32,548 bases of DNA, from NCBI GenBank assembly GCA_049999805.1, contig JBNGIO010004152.1, positions 1 to 32,548 of the forward strand, in the 5' to 3' direction. Shown here one piece after another: positions 23,496 to 32,548 of this stretch; positions within the stretch are counted from its first letter, which is position 1, and each line of letters begins with the position of its first letter. The translations under genes and the position numbers were made by a program. The DNA comes from Folioceros fuciformis (lineage: Eukaryota). The notes beneath the pieces are model-generated. The model saw only the letters and a list, made by a program, of their open reading frames with translations. It was not told the DNA's origin and did not search any database.

Positions 23496-24467
23496 TGGAT
23501 TTGCGTGCAATTGGCTGTGACCCTCGAATGCCACTGATGGTTTGCGTGGATCAGTGGTGATGAATAAGTGGGTTTTGTCAGCAGTGCCAGTAGATTCTGG
23601 TGTCTGTGTCTCCGTCAGATGACGGATGAGCAGCATCTCATGCACATCTGTTTAGAGAGATGTGGAAGTGTGGACAGTGAATTTCAGAATTCTGCTTGCT
23701 ATACGTCACTCACGACAAGTACATGTACATACATCCATACGTAACTTGTCGATCAAGGCTTGTCCATGTGTGGAACATAAAAACAGTGTCAAGATCTCGT
23801 CTACACGTACAGAAACCAGACACCTGATGAAGTGATTTGTGGAGTGATGTCTCCCTCCTTTCGAAGCATCTGAAAGGGAAGCATCACACTGTATGCCACA
23901 CCCGTGCCCAGAACCACCTCAGTAAGATGATTTCCGGAAGACAGATTCAAGGAAGCCTACGCATCAGCACTGCCTGCAGCGGAGGCAAGGCAGACCAGAA
24001 ACAAGGGTACCCACAAATCGAGTTCCCGCCCGCCACCAGGAGACGGGCACAGCTTAATAGCGCGCTAACCCACCCTATCAGTTTATTTAACCGGAGTAAA
24101 TACGATTAACCAGCTCTCATCCATCATTATCCACGTTTAACGGATTTTAGTCTAACATAAGGAAACTAATATCAAAGGACCCTTATTAACAAACAAATAC
24201 CGGCCAGACAGTCCAATGGTTCTTGGCCTGCCAGGCCACAAGTGTATAAGAGCCCGTCACCGAATATAAACGACAGGCTGATTCACATTCCAAGTTCTAA
24301 TCTCGCCACAGCTCAAGCACGCCTGACCCTAGCTAGCATTGTACCACATGAAGCTCTTCCTGGTCATCATCTCCTCATCTTGTGGTCTAAAATAGTTCAG
24401 GGGATCATTAGAGTGTTACCAAGCAGCTCTACTTTGCAGAATACCGCATGCTTCCTAGCCATACCAT

Positions 24468-24761
24468 CGTTCCCATATTATTGTCTAATATTATTGTCTA
24501 GTTTGCTGATGTTCGAGGACTTCAAGATTGGACTTGCAAAGTAGAAACTATCATTCCCATATTATTCTCTAGTTTGCTGATGTTCGAGGACTTCAAGATT
24601 GGACTTGCAAAGTTGAAACTATCATTCCCATATTATTGTTTAGTTTGCTGATGTTCGAGGACTTCAAGATTGGACTTGCAAAGTTGAAACTATTGCTCCC
24701 ATATTATTGTCTAGTTTGCTAATGTTCGAGGACTTCAAGATTGGACTTGCAAAGTTGAAAC
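24468..24761. repeat. 71-bp tandem repeat, ~4 near-identical copies
   Basis: Unit CATTCCCATATTATTGTCTAGTTTGCTGATGTTCGAGGACTTCAAGATTGGACTTGCAAAGTTGAAACTAT. The TTCAAG anchor falls at 24521, 24592, 24663 and 24734. Confidence 0.92.
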
Positions 24762-24871
24762 TCAAGATATGGGTGCAAGGCCTCCTTAGGACTACTTTGG
24801 ACTTAGAAAGTTGGAATCTTAAGATATGGGTACAAGGACATCTTAACACTACTTTGCAATCGCAAAGTTGG
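24751..24871. repeat. 56-57-bp tandem repeat, 2 copies, adjoining the 71-bp array
   Basis: AAAGTTGRAAYYAAGATATGGGTRCAAGG...ACTACTTTG occurs at 24751 and 24807, with AAAGTTGG again at 24864. Confidence 0.75.
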
Positions 24872-25249
24872 TCGCTAACTAGGTAATGGGCGCCAAAAGG
24901 TTTTCTTGCAAGGTGGTGGCATGTCGTCCGTCGCTGTGCACAAATGTCTTGTTTGGCCTTGACCAAAATCTCGGGTACGCCCCAAAGGGAACACGTGTAG
25001 CCTCTGTTTATGAAAAATCCTAGAGAGGCAATGTGTCCCATCTTGCATGCCATATTTATCAGTAGCAAATTGCGGTGTTTGTATCTATATCTGCACACAG
25101 ATAAAGCCACATTTCCTGCACATTTGTTTACAGTGATGTGGAAGTGTGCACAATGAATTAGAGTTTAGGTAGACCCTAAACCCTAATAGTTGTTTACTAT
25201 TTATTTTCAAGTGCAAAATCCTAATCTAGGAAGATTTGATCTAGTTACT

Positions 25250-26950
25250 AGTGTTCATCAAGGAAAGGTTTCCCAATTGAAAGTGAAGCGTGCTTATATT
25301 CTAGATGACCGGGTTCTTGATTTTCTTGCTTGGGAGCAAACAAATTCTTGCTTCCCTACCTTATTTTGAAGGGTGCATCATTGGATTGTGAAGGAGGAGT
25401 GGAAGTACCATGATAAACCTACTCAAGGCAACGACATCACTACCTATCACTGCCAATGCAGACCATCTAGACACTACATTGTGAAGAAGCTACATCAACA
25501 CTTGCTCCAAATGTAAGGCCAAAAACTAGACCAGGTAGTAGGCGTCCTAAGATTAGTAAAAAGAGGGGATGCCAATTTCAGTTTGTAGTTACTTGATTGC
25601 TGCTAGGACTTGGCATCATGGAATTGAGACTCCAACATAGTTGTCATATTGATGTTGCTGGCGAATTTTTCCACGAAGAGCTTATGACAAGATCTGAAGC
25701 TCACCCTATACGGCTAGCCCCCACTCTGTTCGCTAAGAAGAGACAATGGGTGCAGTACAAGCTACTCTACCAAGTGCAAAAACACCGCATTATGGTGAAC
25801 CATAAGGAGGAAGTTCATAGAAAGTGTCGTAGGAACCCAAGGTATAAATTTACTCGAGATGATTTTCTCACTCCAAAAGATGTTCAAAACATGCAAGCTC
25901 ATGTTGCCTCTTGTTCTTACCAACTCCACGCCAATGATGTGGACAATGTTCGACTCTGGATGGATGTCAACAAGGACTTAGTTATTTATCTTGAAAATCT
26001 TTCTATGCCTAACTTTGCTCCATGAAGTAGTTTCTTCGAGGTAGGTGGGTTGATTGGCTTTACATGTCTTGGTGGAAGGGGTGGACGTTCATTTTTGGTA
26101 CCAGCAGCAATGTAAGCAACATGGGTTTGTGGGAAATAGTAAGTTGGATTGTGTAATAAAACATGTTGTGGCAAAGGCCTCTAAGACTCCAAACAACTTT
26201 GTGGCTTTACTAACACCAACGCATAGAAGGGCGTATAATCTTGGGGGCAGCAAGGTCAATGCAAGCACTATATATGTAGTTTCTAATATAGATAGTAGGT
26301 GGTCATGTTGTATGTGCCCTTGGGCTGCGTAGGGTCACACATGCACGCATTTGATTAAGGTGCTCATGATGTTGAGTCAAGTAGTGCCTACAATTTCACT
26401 TGTTCGGAAACTTATGGAGCCTACTCATTCGTATCAAACGTATGAGAGGGAAAGCTTGCATTTGTTTTAGACTCTATAGGCTCACACTTATACCGTGCAG
26501 GGGGTTCACATTCCAGATGTGCACACTTTTCCTGTCCTGGATGAAGAAATTAGAAAATTTGTGCAAAAGGTTGTTGATGACCACATAAAAAATCAGCGTG
26601 ACGACCAATGGGAGGATGACAAGTGCTAGGTTTGCTTGGACAAGCTGCATGACATTATTCAAAGATAACCAAACCTTTTAGACAATGCTGTGGGACTCTT
26701 GGTGGGCCTTGTTTAGAAAATGGAGAGCATAAAAGCTCAAGTTATGGATGGGGGCTGACCACTACTTAGCAACTAGTGAGCGATAATATGTTGGGAGATA
26801 ATTCGACGAAGCAGAAGCAAAGTTCTTTGAACCAGCCCAAAAATGAAACCAACGACAGAAGCAACATGCAATGTAGGATGTCGCTAAAGTATGGACTCGA
26901 CCTTTGGCAGCAAAAGAGAAGTCCTTCATAGCTTTAGCCAAGGATACGCA
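25250..26950 (+). mobile_element. Fossil Mutator-like (MULE)-related SWIM zinc-finger gene or element, At4g13970/At1g60560-like family; pseudogenised and apparently internally deleted
   Basis: Translates across stops and frameshifts as AYILDDRVLDFLAWEQ, YHCQC, SKKRGCQFQFVV, H.D.AGEFFH and TRDDFLTPKDVQNMQAHVASCSYQLHANDVDNVRLWM. A SWIM finger CMCPWAA*GHTCTH lies at 26309-26350. The DDE core expected between these blocks is not seen. Confidence 0.65.
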
Positions 26951-27968
26951 GACAAGAGATAGCACGTTGTAATCCAGGTCTCCATCCCCTTTGTTCCTAA
27001 GGTCTCCATCTCGTTTGTTCAAATCCAAGGTGCCGATAATGAAGCAGCCTGTGTTGCTGACCATGGTGGAAGTCGTGTTGCTCATCATGGATGAAGAGCT
27101 CTTCGCTAGGAAGGGAGAGAAGATCCTGGCTGGTGAGTCACAATGGCAGGTAAATCACACGTGTAGTACAGGCTTGTTAAACTTTGGCGACGGATTGCTA
27201 ATGAGCAACCTATGTATAACGGGAGGCCATCACTAAACTTGCTGTTTGTGGCCGTTGGAAGGGGCTGACCACATAGACGATTGGATTGCACCTATTGTCA
27301 GAGTGCAAGGTTGAGAAGAAGATAATGCGATGGATCAGGCCTGTCTATGTCCCTTCTAGGTTTCACGTTTCCTCGCTTCCTGGCCTTTGCGTGTGTGTGG
27401 CTCGTTCTTTCGTCTGCGTTGTCTGACTGTAGGTCGTTAAGCTTGTTCGCCGATGTGCGGCCTCTTTGTGTTCTAGACAGTTGCTGGTGTCCTAGTGCCA
27501 GGGATCGACCGGTGCTGCAGCGTTGCATTAGGCCAGCGCATAGTTTCTAAATGTTTTGTCTGAATCGTTTGTTTGATGGGCTCAACTTATGGTCGCAGGC
27601 TGTTCAGTGCATGACACTGTCTGACATGAGTGGGGTAAATTGTGGTCTCTCTCTGAGTTTCTGACCTCTTGGATGCCTGTGTTGAGCATTGAGCCCTTCG
27701 AAGTTGGAGGATGATCAACTCATAGACCTGTTCTTATGTCTTGTGGTGATACAACAAGCACTACCAGCTGACAACTTCTCCAGTTATAGTTACATGTAGG
27801 AAATGTGTTCTTTTCTATTGAGTGCGTGATTTTGTTGTGGGTTATCTCTTGAGTTTGTTACCCCAAAATGTCCTTCATGCCTCAATGGGCAAGTTGCTTT
27901 CCTCTCTAGGCTGATGTTGACAAGAAAAATTAATTGGAATCCAATTTGAGAGAGCTTGCATCGAGCTC

Positions 27969-30155
27969 TTTTTTTTATCGTGAAGAAAAAAAAAATCTGA
28001 TTATCCATAGTTTACACTACAACAAGGCACAGCAAAAGCGAAAGCGTCTGTCACTGCATAATGGATTAGCATGCAAGCTAATTCTAAGCTGCATTAGCAT
28101 GCAAGCTAATTCTAAGCTGCATTAGCATGCAAGCTAATTCTAAGCTGCATTAGCATGCAAGCTAATTCTAAGCTGCATTAGCATGCAAGCTAATTCTAAG
28201 CTGCATTAGCATTCAAGCTAATTTTAAGCTGCAAAAGCGCTCAAAACAGGACAAACCTGCAGCTAGGAGCCGGCCCTTATGTGACTTGCCCGCCCCACGG
28301 GCAGGAATGGTCCCACTGGTTGTTGTGCAGGAGGAAACCTATTGGTTTCCATTCTTTCCGTCTAAACTTAGAGTGAGCAGAAGTTTGAATGCTTTCTGCA
28401 ACTACAAGGACCTGTTCCCAAATGCGCCATAATAGAGCTTTCTTGGTTGCCGGCTTATTCCCACTGTAGACCATTGCAGTACAATTTTGCCACATGGAGA
28501 ACAACGACAAGGACCAGACCACTCCGCACCATTGGTATTGGAGAAGTGGCCCTCCCGACTGCCCATCAAGCCCGAATAAGGCAGTTTGCTCGGTAACCAA
28601 GAGAGCTCTCTTTGCGAGAAGTCTCTGTAGCCACCGACCAACCTCGTTCCAGATACCTTGCGCATACTCACACTGAAAGAAAATATGTTGGCTTTTATGA
28701 GGGGCGCCAACGCTTCATAACCTATAACATTCCTCCCCCGTAGCCACCAACAACCCATCCCAACGATCTACATTAGGCAAACAAGCTTGAAAGAAACACC
28801 AGATGGTTATCCTCACCTTAGGGGGGATCTCTAAGGTTGACCACAAGAATTTGATCGTAGTCCGCTGCCAGCGCTAGGAAAGCCTCAATCTAGGAGCCAG
28901 ACGACTTCTCCGAAGAGGTTTTTGAGTGCGCACCAGCCGGAGGTATATGACTGCCGATGGAAAGTTGAAGAGCGATTTTATTGTAGCCTTTGCACTTCCT
29001 GCACTCCCTGGCCACGTGTATAGGTCAGGACGCATCACTAGCTCCCAGTTCTCCTTCAAGCAAAACCAACATCTAACAAGACTTTGTTGCAGGTCCTGTT
29101 TCCTGTTGCCTTGTTCTTCCTGGGTAAGCTAGAGACCTGCCCGTCTAGCCTTGTAGAGCGTAGTAATCCCTCTCAAGGCTACTCCACCTATCGCGCCTTC
29201 CTCTCGACCTCTCTCCTCCAGAAGTCCCTTTGTGTTCAGCGTCCTAAAAGAGAGGTTCCCTTTATCATGTGTTAGTGACGACACGAGCATCGCTCTATCA
29301 AAGTTTGGAAGGGGCACTTCCTGCTCCTGGTCGGAGCCATCTGACTTATCTTCCATGGGGTAAGCTCCCCACATATTGTTGCCCACCTGGGCCTCCTTCA
29401 ATAGCGCTTGCTTCACCTCCTCTGCCATCCCTTCCTGAAGCCAAGAAAGCATTAGTCTCACGTGTCGGATAGGAACCCCAAACTCTTCTCGCGTCTCCTC
29501 TGCTGTTTTCCAACCATCCTCTCTTCGGTTCCACAGGTGCCCGAGCTGTACAATTCCTCTTCTACTAGCAGAACCAAAGATCTAGGACCGACACACCCAA
29601 GACAAAAAAATTCTTGTAAACACAGCCCCTTAAAACCTTGGAGAGCAAGGCCAAGCACATCATCCCTATCCCTAGGCTTGGCTAAGATAAGGAAGGCTTT
29701 CACCTCCAAGAAGCTGCGCCAAATAGAGGCAAAGAGAGGGGAGCAGTCCCTAATGTTCAACAGGGGCCTATCTGCGAGTATGTTGTCCAAAGATCTCCGC
29801 CCCTGGGCAACCGCTTGAGTTTGCTGTAGGTGTTGGATTAACGAACTTTTCCAAGGGTATCCTATTGGACCAACTGCCTTCAGAACCCATTGCGAATGCA
29901 AGATCTTCATTTTGCTCTTGAGGTCGACCAACCCCAACCCACCCAAGCGCTTGCATTGAATGATATGTTGCCACGCTACCTTATGGGAAGAAGAGAGCAA
30001 CTCCTTAGACTTGCTCCATAAGAAGTTAGAAATAATCTGTTGCAATCTCCTCTGTAAATAACAGGCCTCGTGCACCTAGCTAAGCAAGCTAGCATGCAAA
30101 GGCAAGTAGTCGGTGATAAAGGCAAAAAGCATCTTTAATAATGGAGCAAAAAGAG
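27969..30155 (-). mobile_element. 5'-truncated, decayed L1-type LINE (ORF2 C-terminal part with zf-RVT, 3' UTR, short A tail)
   Basis: Post-RT region IISNFLWSK...HKVAWQHIIQCKRLGGLGLVDL...WVLK. The zf-RVT reads LWSTLEIPPKVRITIWCFFQACLP...CYRL*...HIFFQCEYAQGIW, followed by WSLSLFSMWQNCTAMVY. A T-rich 3' UTR ends in A8 at 27976-27969. Stops and frameshifts are present. Confidence 0.85.
28065..28232. repeat. 28-bp minisatellite, 6 copies, in the LINE 3' UTR
   Basis: ATTAGCATGCAAGCTAATTCTAAGCTGC occurs at 28065, 28093, 28121, 28149 and 28177 (identical) and at 28205 (2 substitutions). Confidence 0.95.
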
Positions 30156-30227
30156 TTATATACAAATAATAGTTGTAACCCTAAAGTAGCCAGGATTAAT
30201 TAACCCTCGATGGTTATTTCTCTAACA

Positions 30228-30238
30228 CTCCCACTTAA
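30228..30238 (-). other. Polypurine tract of the Copia element, abutting the 3' LTR start (TG at 30227)
   Basis: The minus strand reads TTAAGTGGGAG followed directly by TGTTAG, a typical Copia PPT/LTR junction. Confidence 0.65.
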
Positions 30239-30442
30239 CCTCGACGGGTTTAATTAAAAAATATTTAAACTTTATCCGTTATCCGTTCTGTTATCCATTA
30301 TCCGTTCCGTTAAGATGAGCAAAGGCGGCGCTGGAATAAGGAGGCTGCCTGTAACCTAACCCGTATTGTCACTACTGCGGCTGGAAGTCGCGATCTTCAC
30401 ACCTGCCTTGCAGTGCCATAGATCCTCTAACTCTCTGCAGAC

Positions 30443-30844
30443 ATGGTGCAACCTTTGAAGCAAGAAATCTCCAGTCAGAGGTGCCCGCAGAGGAGAAGAA
30501 AACAAGGAGAGGAGTCTCGCGATCCCAGCAAATCTGCGGCTTCAGAGAAGATCTGGCCGACCACGGCCCATAGGCGTGCGTTAATCAATCTGGCCAGGGC
30601 TGAGGAGGAGTGCGAAGAACTAATTAGGTTGCTGGAAGAGGCACAGGTGCACGCTGCCCAGCTCAAGTTGCAGGCTGAAACAGGTGTGGAGATGAGGGAC
30701 GACGACCGGGAGCTAAGTGTGGAGGAGTATAGGGGAAGTGCCGAAGGAGCTGGAGGCTTGTGGTCTGTACGCGCCGAAGAAGGTGAGACGCGCATCGTTC
30801 TAGAGGTAGGTGCCTTCTATTTCCATGTCACAAGATTAGAGTAG
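30443..30844 (+). CDS. Hypothetical 133-aa ORF with a Glu/Ala/Leu-rich helical (coiled-coil-like) segment, antisense within the Copia pol-PPT spacer; possibly a first exon (GTAGG donor at 30806)
   Basis: ATG in an ACATGG context. The segment RRALINLARAEEECEELIRLLEEAQVHAAQLKLQAE looks helical and the composition is coding-like. No family was recognised. Confidence 0.4.
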   Translation: MVQPLKQEISSQRCPQRRRKQGEESRDPSKSAASEKIWPTTAHRRALINLARAEEECEELIRLLEEAQVHAAQLKLQAETGVEMRDDDRELSVEEYRGSAEGAGGLWSVRAEEGETRIVLEVGAFYFHVTRLE

Positions 30845-31109
30845 TGTGTAGCTTCATCCGCTGAACACATGGAAAAATTTGGCTGACACCCGCTGCTCCT
30901 CCTCCCGCTGAAACTGAACTAAATATGCAAGAGGGTGACAATCCAAAATCGAGTATGAAGATGGAGTCTGATAGGTGTCTGTCTATGTATCTTGTGCAGG
31001 TATAAGCATACAGTGAAATCAAAACTTAGGCTCACAGAAGAAATGCTAGGTTTGTTGGAAGCCTTGTGAGTCTCGCTGCCATGTAAGTTTTTCATCATGC
31101 AGTCGAGTA

Positions 31110-32548
31110 TTGAGAAAAATCTACGAGGCCTAACCCCTCGACGTGTGTCTAATGTTTTTGTTTAGAGAGAGGTTCAGTGAGAACATCAGCAGTATTTTCA
31201 TCAGTGTGGATGTAGACAGGATTGATAATTCCCCTAGCCTTGACTTCCCTTACATAGTGGTGTGCGATTTCTATGTGCTTCGTCCTGGCATGAAACCTAG
31301 GACGTTCAACAAGGGCTAGGGCAGATTGGTTATCACAGTACAGCATAGTGGGTGATGCCTGTTCGTAGTGAACTGAGGAGAGGAAAGAGTGTGCCCATTT
31401 AGCTTCTTTCGCAACATCGGTAAGGCACTTGTATTCAGCTTCAGTACTTGAAAGGGCTATGCTGCTTTGTTTCTTACAACTCCATGTGACAGCTGCAAAG
31501 GATAAGAAGAATACATATGTTGATAAGCTCTTGCGTGTATCCCCATCGGATGCCCAATCAGTGTCGGAAAAGGCTGACAAGGTAGGTGTTACCCCTGTCC
31601 TCCTGTAGCGTAAGCCATAGTGATGTGTTCCTTTCAAGTAACGAAATACTCGTTTGATGGCAGTCCAATGATTATGGTCAGGACATTCCAAGAATTGAGA
31701 AGTTGTATTAACAGCATATGTGATATATGGCCGGGTCCAGTTGCTCACAAATAACAAACTGCCAACTGCATGATGGTAGGGAACTTCTTTCATATCAGCA
31801 ATGTCCAGGTCAGAGACAGGACAATCAGCCTTGGTAAGTTTTACTCCACAGGCACAAGGTGTATTTGCAGGATGTGCATTAGCCATGTTAAAACGTTGAA
31901 GGATTTCTGAAATATACTTGCATTCATGAATGATTATCAAGCCCTCTTCACGTACCCTCAACACCTGAATACCAAGACAAAATTTCAGGGTCCCCTACAT
32001 CTGTCATTTCAAATTCAGTTCGCAACATGTCTTATACTCTTGCTAACAGACGTGTATCATTGCCAGCAAATATTGCATCATCAACGTAAACAGCAAGCAG
32101 AACATATGAAGTGCTGTCATCATAAATGTAAACAGAGGGATCAGCAAGACTCTAGTGAAATCCCAGGCCCTTGAGACAGGTATTCAGCCTTGCATTCCAG
32201 CGTTCTGCACTTTGTTTAAGACTGTATATGCATTTAATGAGCTGACACACATAACCTGGATGCTCAGAGTCTTTGTAGCCTTCAGGTTGCTCCATATACA
32301 GCTCTTCCTCCAGAATTCCATGTAAGAAAGCCGTCTTCACGTCCATCTGCTGCAGCTCTAAATCACGCTCAACAGCTAAGGCGAGCATAAGACGAATTGA
32401 TTGAGAGCGTACCACTGGAGAGAAAGTCTCTTGAAAATCCAGACTAGGTATTTGTGTGAATCCACTGCACAAAGCCTTGCTTTGTATCTTGCTATATTGC
32501 TGCTAGCATCTAATTTATGCTTAAATACCCATTTGCAGGTTATGGGTT
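31110..32548 (-). pseudogene. Ty1/Copia pol remnant: reverse transcriptase (RVT_2) and RNase H, disrupted
   Basis: RT motifs KYKARL, DFQETFSPVV, QMDVKTAFLHG, LYMEQPEGY, IYSLKQS and YVDD (32088-32077). RNase H motifs FSDTDWASDGDTRKS, SSTEAEY, YCDNQSA, RTKHIEIAHHYVRE and NTADVLTEPL. A premature TAG precedes ...HVEGLGLV, and other stops and frameshifts are present. Confidence 0.95.

Larger units (their letters stand above)
27915..32548 (-). mobile_element. Ty1/Copia LTR retrotransposon, 3' part (runs off the window): decayed RT-RNase H, ~870-bp extra region, PPT and a short 3' LTR split by a LINE
   Basis: The pol motifs are listed under the pol feature. The PPT-LTR junction TTAAGTGGGAG|TGTTAGAG on the minus strand is at 30238-30220. 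A TATA-like TGTATATAA is at 30164-30156. A candidate LTR end ...TTGTCAACA is at 27915 beyond the LINE tail. Confidence 0.65.

Noticed and set aside
22850..23645. Minus-strand ORFs of 133 and 190 aa over the lectin gene
   Set aside because: Antisense shadows of a GC-rich CDS with no recognisable motifs.
24468..24761. CRISPR-like array (71-bp period)
   Set aside because: The whole unit is repeated and there is no variable spacer.
26990..27550. Short ORFs downstream of the MULE-SWIM relic
   Set aside because: All frames have stops and no motif, so they could not be assigned.
28065..28232. CRISPR-like array (28-bp palindromic repeats)
   Set aside because: The units are head-to-tail with no unique spacers, there are no cas genes, and the context is eukaryotic. 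It is a minisatellite.

Overview
Eukaryotic land-plant nuclear DNA. Short (mostly 70-180 bp) GT-AG introns and tight gene packing suggest a compact non-seed-plant genome such as a hornwort or lycophyte, but that is inference. The first 15 kb hold five intact-looking housekeeping genes: CXIP4 (+, single exon), RFC2 (-, 7 exons), COQ9 (+, 7 exons), COG8 (-, 12 exons) and an ABC1/UbiB atypical kinase of the ADCK2/ABC1K14-15 type (+, 4 exons). RFC2 and COQ9 share a ~460 bp divergent promoter containing a double E2F site. After a 100-N scaffold gap (16119-16218) the window is mostly decayed repeats. These include several minisatellites, a decayed minus-strand gene with a RING-like Cys cluster, and a fossil MULE/SWIM element of the At4g13970/At1g60560-like family. 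An intact, intronless, secreted legume-lectin gene lacking canonical sugar-binding residues sits among them. The window ends in a nested TE complex: a decayed Ty1/Copia element whose short 3' LTR appears split by a 5'-truncated L1-type LINE. The most unusual signal is the ~870 bp between the Copia RNase H end and its PPT/3' LTR, which carries an antisense coiled-coil-like ORF. I see no clearly new multi-gene system; the candidates below are moderate-interest hypotheses. All family assignments come from motif recognition, not database searches.
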